A stretch of DNA of 61,572 bases, filler included, from Candidatus Nezhaarchaeota archaeon WYZ-LMO8 (GTDB lineage Archaea; Thermoproteota; Methanomethylicia; Nezhaarchaeales; WYZ-LMO8): NCBI GenBank assembly GCA_004347965.1. It is 16 parts of 16 records of this genome, joined end to end, with 100 filler letters (N's around TTAATTAATTAA, not from the genome) between each part and the next. Parts side by side here need not be neighbours in the genome. Positions count along the whole stretch, not along the records: positions 40,708 to 44,239 come from QNVF01000071.1; positions 44,340 to 47,803 come from QNVF01000072.1; positions 47,904 to 51,366 come from QNVF01000073.1; 13 more parts are not named here. One strand, given 5' to 3'. Each line of letters begins with the position of its first letter. Within the stretch, counting starts at the first letter, position 1. A program made the position numbers and the translations under genes. Positions 40,708-51,466 of this stretch are shown one piece after another. The notes below the pieces were generated by a model that did no database searches, was not told where the DNA came from, and saw nothing but the letters and a program-made list of their open reading frames with translations.

Positions 40708-42579
40708 TCTTCATGGAGTAAAGTATACCTTAATGGAAGACTCATAGGTTACTACCCTAATGGAGTGGAGTTGGCAAACATTGTGAGGAGGATTAGGAGG
40801 TATGGTGATAGAGGAGAATATAAGATCAGAGCTGAGCTAAAGGATTTAGGCGATAGAATTCATGAAGTGAATGTAGCTTATGTAGAGACAGAGTACATTA
40901 AGGAGGTTTACATAAACTGCGATCCTGGTAGAATAAGGAGACCTCTTCTCGTAGTAGAAGACGGTCGTTTAAAGCTTACTCCTAAGCACATAGAGTTGCT
41001 TAAGAATGAGGAAATACAGTTCTCTGATTTAGTTAGAATGGGCGTAATTGAGTACTTAGATGCTGATGAAGAGGAAAATGCGTATATAGCTGTAGAGCCG
41101 AGTGAAATAACTAGTGAACACACTCATTTAGAGATCTATCCACCGGCAATCTTTGGAATAACTGCATCCATAATACCCTACCCTGAGCATAATCAAAGCC
41201 CCAGGAACTCTTATGAAGCAGCTATGGCTAAACAAGCCCTTGGATTGTATTCAGCTAACTTCCAAGTAAGATCAGATACGCGAGGGCATTTGCTACATTA
41301 CCCGCAGAAGCCCCTTGTCCAGACAAAAGTCCTTGATATAATGGGGTATAACGCAAGGCCTGCTGGGCAAAACGCTGTTGTAGCTATAATGAGTTTTACA
41401 GGCTATAACATTGAGGATGCCTTAATAATGAATAAAGGAAGTAGTGATAGAGGTTTTGGGAGAAGCACGTTCTTTAGGCTCTACACTACAGTAGCGTACA
41501 AGTATCCCGGAGGACAGGAGGATAGAATAGAGATCCCGAGCCCTAATGTTAAGGGGTTCCGTGGATTAAAGGCATATGAAAAGCTTGAAGAAGATGGAGT
41601 AATAGCTCCTGAGACGCAGGTAAGAGGTGGAGATGTATTAATAGGAAGGACTAGTCCACCTAGATTTTTCACAGTCCAGGAGTACGGTGTTGGAGCTGGA
41701 TTAGTTAGGCAAGATACAAGTATTGTAACTAGACACGGTGAGAAAGGAGTAGTTGATTCAGTGATGCTTACAAGCGATGGAGAAGGCAACTATGTAATTA
41801 AAGTAGTTGTGAGAGACTTGAGAATACCTGAAATAGGCGATAAGTTTGCAAGCAGACATGGGCAAAAAGGTGTTCTAGGCCTATTGGTTCCTCAAGAGGA
41901 TATGCCATTTACTGAGGAGGGAGTTGTACCAGATCTAATAATAAATCCACATGCTTTTCCAAGTAGAATGACTGTTGGACAGTTGATTGAGAGCATAGCT
42001 GGTAAAGTAGCATCCATGGAGGGAGTATTCATAGATGCAACTCCATTCTACAAGAAGTCCATTGATGAAATTAGGCTAGCCTTGAGGAGACTCGGTTATT
42101 CACATACGGGAGAGGAAGCAATGTACGACGGTAGGACGGGCGAATTACTGAAGAACACCATATTCATTGGTGTAGTATATTACCAGAAGCTGCACCACAT
42201 GGTTGCAGACAAAATGCATGCAAGAGCTAGAGGGCCAATACAGATCTTGACTAGGCAGCCTGTTGAAGGAAGAGCTAGAATGGGTGGCTTAAGGTGGGGA
42301 GAAATGGAGAGGGATTGCTTAATAGGCTATGGAGCCGCCTCTCTCCTCAAGGAGCAGTTAGTTGATAAAAGCGATAAGGTGACAATCTACGTCTGCAGTC
42401 TCTGTGGACATATAGGCTGGTATGACAAGAATAGGAAGGAAACAGTTTGCCCAGTTCATGGGGATAAAGGCAAGCTATACCCAGTAGAGATATCATATGC
42501 ATTTAAACTGCTTATACAAGAGCTAATAAGCATGAACATTATGCCAAGAATAGTTATTGAAGGAGTTGTAAAGAGGTGA
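40708..42579 (+). CDS. rpoB: RNA polymerase subunit Rpo2 (B), 5' truncated
   Basis: [29 protein letters not shown] and GEMERD motifs; frame open to the contig start. Confidence 0.97.
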   Translation, partial: SSWSKVYLNGRLIGYYPNGVELANIVRRIRRYGDRGEYKIRAELKDLGDRIHEVNVAYVETEYIKEVYINCDPGRIRRPLLVVEDGRLKLTPKHIELLKNEEIQFSDLVRMGVIEYLDADEEENAYIAVEPSEITSEHTHLEIYPPAIFGITASIIPYPEHNQSPRNSYEAAMAKQALGLYSANFQVRSDTRGHLLHYPQKPLVQTKVLDIMGYNARPAGQNAVVAIMSFTGYNIEDALIMNKGSSDRGFGRSTFFRLYTTVAYKYPGGQEDRIEIPSPNVKGFRGLKAYEKLEEDGVIAPETQVRGGDVLIGRTSPPRFFTVQEYGVGAGLVRQDTSIVTRHGEKGVVDSVMLTSDGEGNYVIKVVVRDLRIPEIGDKFASRHGQKGVLGLLVPQEDMPFTEEGVVPDLIINPHAFPSRMTVGQLIESIAGKVASMEGVFIDATPFYKKSIDEIRLALRRLGYSHTGEEAMYDGRTGELLKNTIFIGVVYYQKLHHMVADKMHARARGPIQILTRQPVEGRARMGGLRWGEMERDCLIGYGAASLLKEQLVDKSDKVTIYVCSLCGHIGWYDKNRKETVCPVHGDKGKLYPVEISYAFKLLIQELISMNIMPRIVIEGVVKR

Positions 42580-44239
42580 AATCATTGTCAAGCCCTATGA
42601 AAATCAAGGCAGTAAAGTTTGGAATACTCAGTCCAGATGAAATCAGAAAGCTTAGCGTTACAACGATATTCTCAAGTGAGGTGTATGACAACGACGGCCT
42701 GCCAGTTGATGGAGGAGCTATGGATAGAAGGCTTGGAGCTCTTGAGCCAGGAGAGAAATGCCCTGTGTGTGGAAATACTAGGGAGAATTGCCCTGGACAC
42801 TTTGCTCACATAGAGTTAGCTAAGCCAGTTATACACGTAAACTTTGTTAAACACATACTTACGTATATTAAGACTACGTGCAGAAACTGTGGAAGGATAC
42901 TTCTAAGCCAGGAGGAGGCCCAGAGATACTTAGAGTTACTTAGTAGACTTGAGAAACTTGATGTTAAGCCTCTTAAAAGGAGGTTAGTAGAGTATGTGAG
43001 GAGGAAGGCTTCTAAGACAAGTACGTGTCCTCACTGTGGTGTTAAGCAATATAGAGTGCGTTTTGAAAAACCATATGTATTCTATGAGGATAGAGAGGAA
43101 GCAGGCTTAGTTAGGCTTAACCCAAGTGATGTAAGGAAAAGGCTTGAGAAAATACTTGATGACGATGTGAGGCTTCTAGGAGGAGATCCTAAGGATGCTA
43201 GGCCTGAGTGGATGGTGCTTACAGTATTGATTGTTCCACCTAAGACTGTGAGGCCATCAATACTCCTGGAAACAGGGATTAGGAGTGAAGATGATTTAAC
43301 GCACAAGCTAGTTGACATAATTAAAATCAATAATAGGTTGAGAGAACACGTAGATAGTGGTGCTCCAAATGCTATAATTGAGGAAGAATGGGATCTCTTG
43401 CAATACCATGTTGCAACATACTTCGATAACGAAATTCCTGGAATAGCTCCAGCTAAACATAGGTCCGGCAAAGTCCTTAAAGGTCTTGCGCAAAGGCTTA
43501 AGGGGAAGGAGGGGAGGTTTAGAGGCAGTTTAAGTGGTAAAAGAGTGGATTTCTCTGCAAGAACAGTTATATCACCTGATCCAAATTTAAGCATAAATGA
43601 AGTTGGAGTTCCAGTTGATATAGCTAAGGTTCTTACAGTACCTGAGAGAGTTACTTCATGGAACATCGATGAGTTAAGGAAGTTTGTCTTAAATGGACCT
43701 GATAAGTGGCCTGGAGCTAACTATGTAGTGCGGCCGGATGGTAGAAGAATAGATCTAAGGTTTGTCGACAGAAAAGCAGCTGCTGAATCCCTTGCCCCAG
43801 GAATGATTGTTGAAAGGCATTTAATTGATGGAGACATAGCTTTATTCAATAGGCAGCCAAGCCTCCACAGAATATCAGTTATGGCTCATATAGTTAGGGT
43901 ATTGCCCGGCAAGACATTTAGATTAAACCTATTGGTTTGCCCTCCATATAACGCTGACTTCGATGGAGATGAAATGAATCTCCACATACCGCAAAGCCCT
44001 GAAGCAATAGCTGAAGCTAGAGTTTTAATGCTAGTTGAAAAGAACGTACTTACTCCAAGGTATGGGGGTCCAATTATAGGTGGGCTGCAGGATTACGTTA
44101 GTGGAGCTTACTTATTGACTTCAAAGAGCACTATACTTACAAGAGAGGACGTAATAGACTTACTTGGAGTAGCTGGATATAGAGGTCCTCTACCTGAACC
44201 AGCAATCCTTAAGCCAAGGCATTACTGGACTGGGAAGCA
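42576..44239 (+). CDS. rpoA1: RNA polymerase subunit Rpo1N (A'), 3' truncated
   Basis: [16 protein letters not shown] and [11 protein letters not shown] motifs. Confidence 0.97.
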
Positions 44240-44340
44240 NNNNNNNNNNNNNNNNNNNNNNNNNNNNNNNNNNNNNNNNNNNNTTAATTAATTAANNNNN
44301 NNNNNNNNNNNNNNNNNNNNNNNNNNNNNNNNNNNNNNNA

Positions 44341-44415
44341 TATCATGAATATTATAATGGACGCTACAACGGCCTCAATTATCCTCACTTGCCCACTCTC
44401 TGAGCTATGTATCAC
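44341..44415 (-). CDS. Pilin-like protein N-terminus (truncated)
   Basis: MIHSSESG|QVRIIEAVVASIIIFMI class III signal-like sequence; GTGA overlap with the upstream gene. Confidence 0.6.
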
Positions 44416-45461
44416 CACGTCATCCTCCAAATCTTTAACCTGATGGTGTAGGTGGAGAAACCGATCCTTACGCTTCGTTCAAGTATGTACGCTAAGGGTG
44501 TGTAAACCTCTCCAGCAATAGTACTGTAGCTCTCTGGAATAACCTTGTATGCAGCTATGAGCTCGCCATTCTTAGTTAAAGCTACGACAGCAACTATGTT
44601 TGGCTCGACATAGCCCATATCGTATGCCTTGTAGTCTGCCACACCCACGCTGCTACTAATGCAGTACGTCACATTCCTCAACCTAAGGCCTTCATTTGAT
44701 GGTATTGCAATGATTTGGAGTGCACTTGCATCATTAACTTCGAGACTAGATTTTACTAAGAGATATTTTCCAATAAGGTAGCCGCCATGCGAGCTTATGT
44801 TCTTGAAGCCTAACATGTGCAAACCATAGTAGTTTACGATCGCTACGAGGAAGCTCGGATTAATTTGTGAACTTAGATTTATGGTGCATTCTCCATCGAG
44901 ATTCGTGATGCCAAGCTCTTCATCGAGAGCTATCCTTCCATCTCTTACATAAAGTACTCCAATAGTTACGTTTGCACCCACCACTGGTATACCTTGTTCT
45001 GAAGTAACTTTAACGCGAACCTCATTGCCATCAAAGCTGATCGCGACTCTTAGAGCTGGGATAAAGTCTATCCTAGCACCATAATATGAATATCCTGAAG
45101 AACCTAAACCTAGTAGCTCTAGGAACTTATCTGGCGGTATGTATAGGTCTGCTGGTAGATCTCTATTCAACCTTTGAACCTTATCTGGATCTAGAGAGAA
45201 TGCTTCTTGTGTAAATATGGTGCTGATTGCTAAGCCGATGGACGATATATCTGAGGACTTTACGTCTATATTTTCACCCCAGTTCTCCGGTTCACCGGGG
45301 CTTAAGAGGAGTTGAGTGACAACCTTCTGTGCAGCCATCTTCAGCTGCTCTGCTTCGGAAACGCTTCTGTAGAGAGATGGCGATATGCTCGTTAAGAATG
45401 TCGCTGCTAGTAGCATAGCGATTAGTATTATGGCTGCGAAGATGTACTCGTAAGTCTTCAC
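44412..45461 (-). CDS. Type IV pilus accessory/minor pilin-like protein
   Basis: N-terminal hydrophobic helix, LLLSPGEPENW motif, beta-rich body; operon with tadC. Confidence 0.6.
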   Translation of the reverse strand: MKTYEYIFAAIILIAMLLAATFLTSISPSLYRSVSEAEQLKMAAQKVVTQLLLSPGEPENWGENIDVKSSDISSIGLAISTIFTQEAFSLDPDKVQRLNRDLPADLYIPPDKFLELLGLGSSGYSYYGARIDFIPALRVAISFDGNEVRVKVTSEQGIPVVGANVTIGVLYVRDGRIALDEELGITNLDGECTINLSSQINPSFLVAIVNYYGLHMLGFKNISSHGGYLIGKYLLVKSSLEVNDASALQIIAIPSNEGLRLRNVTYCISSSVGVADYKAYDMGYVEPNIVAVVALTKNGELIAAYKVIPESYSTIAGEVYTPLAYILERSVRIGFSTYTIRLKIWRMTW

Positions 45462-45467
45462 TTAGAC

Positions 45468-46016
45468 TTAACCTCCTTCAAGTATTCCTAAACCAGCATA
45501 TATGATGTCTCCACTCTTATAGCACCAGACGACTACGTTCGTTAATCCCCCACTAACCCACGGTCTCGGCTTAACTTCGAAGCCTTTCAGCAAGCTTTCT
45601 GCAAGATCCAAGTTATCGTTGGTAAGTATTACTATCTTTCGCTCAGACTTTACTGTTATGGGCGACTTTGCATGAAGGTCGCTCCTACCGATGACTTCAA
45701 CGTAGACGTAGTATCCTCCATCACTCCTCAGTATTGTGAAGTTGTAGGGCTTTCCACTAACAGTCTTTGGGAGGACTAAGTGCTTTGTGACTGGATAAGT
45801 CGTATCTAGAACACCATAAGTGAAGTCTGTTAGGCTTATTACGTGCGCTAAGCTCATCGAGATGTACTCTGCTGTTTGGCTAAGCTGTGTCTTTATGACC
45901 TCTCCTTCAATGCTGCTAACAATGATGTGATATGCTAAAGCAAAAGACAGAACTAGGCCTATTAGTGCAACCGTTCCAATTATGTGCTGTATCGAGACGT
46001 GAACCAGAATCAGCAC
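45468..46016 (-). CDS. Pilin-like protein
   Basis: N-terminal hydrophobic helix followed by an amphipathic helix and beta strands; pilus operon context. Confidence 0.55.
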   Translation of the reverse strand: MLILVHVSIQHIIGTVALIGLVLSFALAYHIIVSSIEGEVIKTQLSQTAEYISMSLAHVISLTDFTYGVLDTTYPVTKHLVLPKTVSGKPYNFTILRSDGGYYVYVEVIGRSDLHAKSPITVKSERKIVILTNDNLDLAESLLKGFEVKPRPWVSGGLTNVVVWCYKSGDIIYAGLGILEGG

Positions 46017-46017
46017 C

Positions 46018-46761
46018 TCACATTATCGAAACCACTATTGGGACGATGATAAGCCTAACAGCCGACACAAACACTCCTCCCGAGTCACTTGGGTAGTATT
46101 CGACTTGGTTACCAACCTTTACGCAAACCTTCACTTGCACGCTATCGAACGTTCTCGTCTCTATTTGTGGAACACCGCTTTGCACTCTAACTGTTACTGT
46201 TCCAGTACCTCCCGTGGTTCCACGATCTAAGCTTATGATGTATATGTCCATTACTTTGAGGTTCTCGTTCATGGTTATGCGCACTCTGTTGTAATCCAGT
46301 ACCACCCATACTCCATTTTCAGTCTCTACTCGAACGTACCCTAATGGTTTTGAAGCATCAGTGACTATCAGCCCAACGGGTTGTGTAAGGTTTACTTCTG
46401 CAGCTGAAACCATTCTTCCTCCACGATACTTAATTACCCACGAACTTATCGTTCTACTCAGATTTAAGCTTGAATCGGAGTATATCATTATGTTGATGGC
46501 TTCTCCCTCATACAAACCAATTCCACCACTCCTCTGGTTAAATGGGATTGAGCTTGCTGCACCAGGTCTAAGAGCTACGTCAGCTATGGTCTTGTCCAGT
46601 ATCCTCATTGCAGTCTTAGCCTGCTCAAACTCTGAGTTTTGCACTTGAATTTCCAGCATGTCTGTTGAGAAGTAGAAGGCTATGAATAGTATCACTAACA
46701 AGGTCGTTGTTATTATCACGGTCGATATGACTGTCGATAAGCCCCTCTCCGTAGCCTCCAT
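46018..46761 (-). CDS. Archaeal type IV pilin-like protein
   Basis: MEATERG|LSTVISTVII class III signal peptide. Confidence 0.7.
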   Translation of the reverse strand: MEATERGLSTVISTVIITTTLLVILFIAFYFSTDMLEIQVQNSEFEQAKTAMRILDKTIADVALRPGAASSIPFNQRSGGIGLYEGEAINIMIYSDSSLNLSRTISSWVIKYRGGRMVSAAEVNLTQPVGLIVTDASKPLGYVRVETENGVWVVLDYNRVRITMNENLKVMDIYIISLDRGTTGGTGTVTVRVQSGVPQIETRTFDSVQVKVCVKVGNQVEYYPSDSGGVFVSAVRLIIVPIVVSIM

Positions 46762-46783
46762 GTCCTTCACTCATTAAGAAAGT

Positions 46784-47803
46784 TTAACCGAATGACAAGA
46801 AGAAACCGAATAGTTGCATGAAGATTATTGAGAGCATGGCTATTAGTGTAAGCATTATTGCATGGCTGAAGCCAGCTGAAATGTTTCCAGAACTAATCTT
46901 CCCCGTCACTATCCCCATCAAGTATGATTGAAAGACCAGAGCAGGTAGAATTACTATCAGTATCTGAGTGAATGGTATTGCTGTGCGAGCTATGGTTGAA
47001 ACGGCTGAGCGCATGAAGCTTATCGTCACTAGGGTCGAGAAGATCATTAACGCAGAGCCTATGTAAGGCATTATCATTAATGGTCGGAGAGAAGCTCTCT
47101 TCTCCTTCTCTAGAGAAGCTTGCATTTCACCGAACCTCGCCATAGTCTCAAGTGTCTCAGGGCTACCTCCACCTATCTCTATCGCGTCAACTAGTAGGTA
47201 GATGTTCATTAGAGAGAACCAAGAGCTTATCTTCTTCTTTAAGGTTTCGTAGACGACTCTTACCGGTTGACCCCATCTTAGCTGTCTTGCAACCACTCTC
47301 AGGTACTTGCTGAAGGATCCGTAAGGTCTCGATGATAGCTGTATTATGCATGCCTCTGGTGAAGCTCCAGTCTTCCTCGTCTCAGTCATGTCTCTAAGAA
47401 AGTTTGCTACCTCCCTAACTATCTTTCTTCCTCTCCTACGCTCATAATAGCTGTGAGTTATAGCTGCTGGGACCGTTCCAGCTATCAAGGCTATCCCCAT
47501 GCCTATAGAAGGTTCAACTCCATGCTCTAGACCCAGCATCAATCTAAGAGACGTTAAGAAGGACACGAATTGGCTTAGTGGGGGTATGGAAGCAAGTTCT
47601 GGTATGAGGTACGGAAGGAACATGGTGAAGACTAAGAACATCATTATTGGTAGTGAGGCCATGTATACCTTATATGGCGCCGTCTCATAGATTGGCTCTT
47701 GGAAGCTGGATAGGTCTGATAGGTACATGAAGAGTACTGAGATTACTGGTACGAGGATGTAGGAGTATAGTAGAAAGTTCTCTGCTGTGAAGCCTCCCTG
47801 CCA
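46784..47803 (-). CDS. TadC/FlaJ-type type IV pilus membrane platform protein (5' truncated)
   Basis: FLRDMTETRKTG, YGSFS, GGSPETLE and GKISSG motifs; frame open to the contig edge. Confidence 0.85.
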   Translation of the reverse strand, partial: WQGGFTAENFLLYSYILVPVISVLFMYLSDLSSFQEPIYETAPYKVYMASLPIMMFLVFTMFLPYLIPELASIPPLSQFVSFLTSLRLMLGLEHGVEPSIGMGIALIAGTVPAAITHSYYERRRGRKIVREVANFLRDMTETRKTGASPEACIIQLSSRPYGSFSKYLRVVARQLRWGQPVRVVYETLKKKISSWFSLMNIYLLVDAIEIGGGSPETLETMARFGEMQASLEKEKRASLRPLMIMPYIGSALMIFSTLVTISFMRSAVSTIARTAIPFTQILIVILPALVFQSYLMGIVTGKISSGNISAGFSHAIMLTLIAMLSIIFMQLFGFFLSFG

Positions 47804-47903
47804 NNNNNNNNNNNNNNNNNNNNNNNNNNNNNNNNNNNNNNNNNNNNTTAATTAATTAANNNNNNNNNNNNNNNNNNNNNNNNNNNNNNNNNNNNNNNNN
47901 NNN

Positions 47904-48173
47904 CTGATGCTTTACGGCTTTCTCTATTAGCTTTCCGATATTAATCGAGCTCAAGTCTCCTTGGAGCCACGCCCTATACCCCCTCATGAAGGCTTCTTTG
48001 ACGATTGGTCCTATGGCAACGGAGCCTGCAACGAAGTGCTCAAACTTCTTCCCCCATCTATCTCTAAGTCTGTGAACGTTACCTGGTTTAGGATAAGCTG
48101 ATACTTCAAGTAGTGCCGCAAGCTGAGCCTTAATCATGACGTTGCTAGCTTCCTCTTCAACCCTCAAGTTCAA
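47904..48173 (-). CDS. citG: Triphosphoribosyl-dephospho-CoA synthase CitG-like (3' truncated)
   Basis: ALLEVSAYPKPGNVHR motif. Confidence 0.85.
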
Positions 48174-48232
48174 AGCATTAACACCACGGAAGGTTAATAT
48201 TCCTACCAGCTGAGTTTGTCTTGGTGTAGTAG

Positions 48233-48571
48233 ATGGAGATAAAATTTAGGGCTGTAGTAATGAGCAAGTCCATGTACAACGATCCTCTAGGGGGAAGAGG
48301 TGTTAGAATTGAGTTATCTGAAGAGAGAGACGTTCCTCCACCAGTAGTCATGTCAAGAGGAGAGACATCTGACATACTTAAGGACGTTATGCCCATAGTC
48401 AGTCAAATAATACAATCTCTGCCCTTTACTAGAGGAGGTAAAGTTACTGTCCCAAGGATGACTCTATGGTTATCTGAGGAGGAGTGGGATAAGCTGGAGC
48501 CTAAGCCAGATGTAGGAGACGAGATTGAGGTAGTAATATCCTCCTCTAAGATCTCAATAACCATTACGTAG
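48233..48571 (+). CDS. Arcadin-1
   Basis: VMPIVSQIIQSLPF..GGKVTVPRMTLWLSEEE...DVGDEIEV closely resembles Pyrobaculum arcadin-1 as recalled. Confidence 0.8.
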   Translation: MEIKFRAVVMSKSMYNDPLGGRGVRIELSEERDVPPPVVMSRGETSDILKDVMPIVSQIIQSLPFTRGGKVTVPRMTLWLSEEEWDKLEPKPDVGDEIEVVISSSKISITIT

Positions 48572-48572
48572 G

Positions 48573-49031
48573 GTGATCGTTCTGCACAGCGATGTAGGGA
48601 TACATCAGGGAGCGTCTATAAGTCTCCAAGACCTCATAGAAGAGGTTAAGAAGGGACCTCAAGCACATAGGATAGGGTGCATCTTAACTTTCACAGGTGT
48701 CGTCAGAGGAGTAGCCAACAATGGCTCTAAGGTGGTTAAGTTAGAGTACGAGGCATACACTGAAGTAGCGAGGTTGAAATTAGAGGAGGTAGTTAGAGAC
48801 TTAAAGAAGATGCGAGGAATAGTGGACGTGAAGATACATCACTTCATAGGATCATTCTCTGTCGGCGAGGACGTTGTATACATTGTCGTTGCTGCCGAGC
48901 ATAGAGAGGAAGGCTTTAGCGCCTTAAGAGAAGCTATAGAAAGATTGAAAAGTGAAGTGCCCATATGGAAGAAAGAGCACACCGTGAATAGCTCTTATTG
49001 GGTGGGTTTGAGGGAGACTAGCTCGCTCTAA
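48573..49031 (+). CDS. moaE: Molybdopterin synthase catalytic subunit
   Basis: FTGVVR, LEYEAY, HREEGF and VPIWKKE motifs. Confidence 0.92.
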   Translation: MIVLHSDVGIHQGASISLQDLIEEVKKGPQAHRIGCILTFTGVVRGVANNGSKVVKLEYEAYTEVARLKLEEVVRDLKKMRGIVDVKIHHFIGSFSVGEDVVYIVVAAEHREEGFSALREAIERLKSEVPIWKKEHTVNSSYWVGLRETSSL

Positions 49032-49091
49032 GTGATCATGTATTGACCTTCTTAATTCCTGACCTTGAGACTACAAACTTTAAGCCTTGAA

Positions 49092-50531
49092 TTATTGAAG
49101 TGGTGTTAGCTTAGGTTGAGGATAACCATCTGATACATCTAGCTCTACAACGTGCAGGGGCTTCCTAGGTTTAATGCCGCATAACAGCAAGCAACCGTGT
49201 TCTCGAATTAATTTTAAGTGTACTTCTGCTACCGCAGCTACAGCTTTTGATAGCTCCGGAGTGCCAGGTTTAAGTATCATCAACCCTAGGTGCTGCCCCC
49301 TCCTTATAGCATTTGCAGCTATCCTGATCATGGTGAAAGCAGCTTTCTCTCCATACCAATCTACGAGAGTATCCATGCCAAACATGTATAGCGTGTTCCC
49401 TCTCCCAGTTATCTTCCTCAGCTCTCTTCCAACTAGCTCGTACTTTAGAAGGTCTGCATCAATATCTTTGCCTCCAACTGGGATTATGTAGGACTTCAGC
49501 TTACCTTCAGTAACTTCCTTAAGAAATATCCTCACGTAATCCTTTACTTCGTCTATCATGAAACCGCCATCCTCGATTAGCTTACGTATTGATGTCTCCT
49601 CCACTCCTGGTGAAGGAACTATGAACAAGCCTCTCTTCTTGGCTAAGAAGTTCCACATAGTTGGAGCCACGATGTACTTGTGATAAGGTGCCACGTTCGG
49701 ATCAACTTCTATGAGCGCTAGAGAACCCTTTGGGTAACCCCCTCCCAACAATTCATCTAATTCTTTCGAACCGCTTGAATACTTGTCATCAACTTCTGGC
49801 ATGGGTTTAAACCGAAGCTTCTCTTTAACCTCCTTAGGAGTGAAGGGCATGAAACACTTGAAGCCATCCTTAATAGTGAATAGTAAGCGAGCTTCTTGAG
49901 GTACAAGCCCCCTCGACTTAAGAATTTCAAGCTCTCTCATGGTTCTTCCTTCAAGCTCACCTCTTCTAAGTACTATCACGCAATCGGCTACGAACTCTTC
50001 TATACCTAGACCTATTCCAAGTGATCCGTAGGGTCTCTCAGTAATGATTATTGTCGTGCTTTCTCGAAATTTTATGAACCTATTGAGGAATGTGTGTAGA
50101 ATAACTCTAATCTCATGTGTTTCTCTAACTGCTTGAGCTAAGGCTGTGAAGGAGTCTAGTACTAGTCTCTTAGTCTCGAAGTCCATCATCTCCCTCAATA
50201 TAATGTTTAAGGTCTCCGGTACTCCTTCCTCTTTAACAGTCAACATCTCTAAGAACCGAAACTTACCTTCTTTCTCAAGTTCTTCGAAGTTAAAGCCTAG
50301 GGCACGCATGTTGTTCATGAAAGTTCTTCTATCCTCCATGAAGCTCACGTATATACCTCTCTCATTATAATCAACAGCTCCACGATACAGAAACTGTGCT
50401 GCAAAAGTAGTCTTCCCGGTCCCCGGTTCCCCAGCTAGCACTATCATACTGCCCTTAGGGATACCACCTCTAAAATTCAAATCTAACTCCACTATCCCAG
50501 TCGTAGTTCTTTCAATAGCTTTAATAGCCAT
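49092..50531 (-). CDS. KaiC/RAD55-like double-domain ATPase (second domain degenerate, GvpD-like)
   Basis: GEPGTGKT, LVLDS, EEFVAD and ILKSRG; second repeat SSGSKELDELLGGG lacks a Walker A motif. Confidence 0.85.
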   Translation of the reverse strand: MAIKAIERTTTGIVELDLNFRGGIPKGSMIVLAGEPGTGKTTFAAQFLYRGAVDYNERGIYVSFMEDRRTFMNNMRALGFNFEELEKEGKFRFLEMLTVKEEGVPETLNIILREMMDFETKRLVLDSFTALAQAVRETHEIRVILHTFLNRFIKFRESTTIIITERPYGSLGIGLGIEEFVADCVIVLRRGELEGRTMRELEILKSRGLVPQEARLLFTIKDGFKCFMPFTPKEVKEKLRFKPMPEVDDKYSSGSKELDELLGGGYPKGSLALIEVDPNVAPYHKYIVAPTMWNFLAKKRGLFIVPSPGVEETSIRKLIEDGGFMIDEVKDYVRIFLKEVTEGKLKSYIIPVGGKDIDADLLKYELVGRELRKITGRGNTLYMFGMDTLVDWYGEKAAFTMIRIAANAIRRGQHLGLMILKPGTPELSKAVAAVAEVHLKLIREHGCLLLCGIKPRKPLHVVELDVSDGYPQPKLTPLQ

Positions 50532-50789
50532 TTTTGCTCGTCCTCTTTTTTATTACACCTAAAGCAGATATTTTCTCCTGGAGTTAAAAGACTTACTTTG
50601 ATTGCCCTGAGCATACTAATATTGCACGGTATGGTTAATATGCTGTGTAATATCCTTCACCACTTAGAAGCTAAAAACTGTGCATTGAGAGGTCAATGGA
50701 AATATGCTTATGATTTTACTAAGACTCCAGGCTTAAGAGACATGACATGACCTCAAAGCACCCATGTTACTGAATCAGAACTTTTGAGG

Positions 50790-51293
50790 TTAGAAGTCCT
50801 TGGCATCAAAACCCTTCTCTCTCAACTTCTCCATAATCTTCTGATACCAATCAGGCAACTTTATGTTCTCCACAACTCTTGAAGGTGTATACGGCTTTAT
50901 ATCTAAGATTGGTGTTCCATCGAAGAGATCTAGACTCCTAACCTTTAGGAACCTTCCATTCACTTCTACCAGCTCAACTATGGTCAAAGCTAAAGGATTG
51001 GGTCTATGAGGTGAATCCGTGCAGAAGACACCTACTTCGGGTATATCTTTCTCATTGAGCCCAAGTAGCTTAAGGCGCTTCGGTTTTACCTTCAATGTTT
51101 TTCTTTGAGTCTCTGAAACTTTATGCAATAACGTTATGACTATTAGGTGCGAGAAGCCCTCTATTCCATGAAGACCCTCAACATACTCCTCGTAGACTTC
51201 TAATATTCCTTCAACTCCCTTTAAGCTGGCTTTAACCTCTTCATCGCTTAAATTGACGTGTACTACACCTATAGGCTTAAGTTGAAGAGTCAT
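50790..51293 (-). CDS. tsaA: TrmO/TsaA tRNA methyltransferase family protein
   Basis: LKPIGVV, GVF.TDSPHRPNP and DGTPILDIKPY motifs. Confidence 0.9.
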   Translation of the reverse strand: MTLQLKPIGVVHVNLSDEEVKASLKGVEGILEVYEEYVEGLHGIEGFSHLIVITLLHKVSETQRKTLKVKPKRLKLLGLNEKDIPEVGVFCTDSPHRPNPLALTIVELVEVNGRFLKVRSLDLFDGTPILDIKPYTPSRVVENIKLPDWYQKIMEKLREKGFDAKDF

Positions 51294-51466
51294 TCCTTCC
51301 CACCCACCAGCCTAAGCATACGAAGATTCTTCCTGAGAGTTACATATTTTTCATCGCATCTCTCTCNNNNNNNNNNNNNNNNNNNNNNNNNNNNNNNNNN
51401 NNNNNNNNNNTTAATTAATTAANNNNNNNNNNNNNNNNNNNNNNNNNNNNNNNNNNNNNNNNNNNN

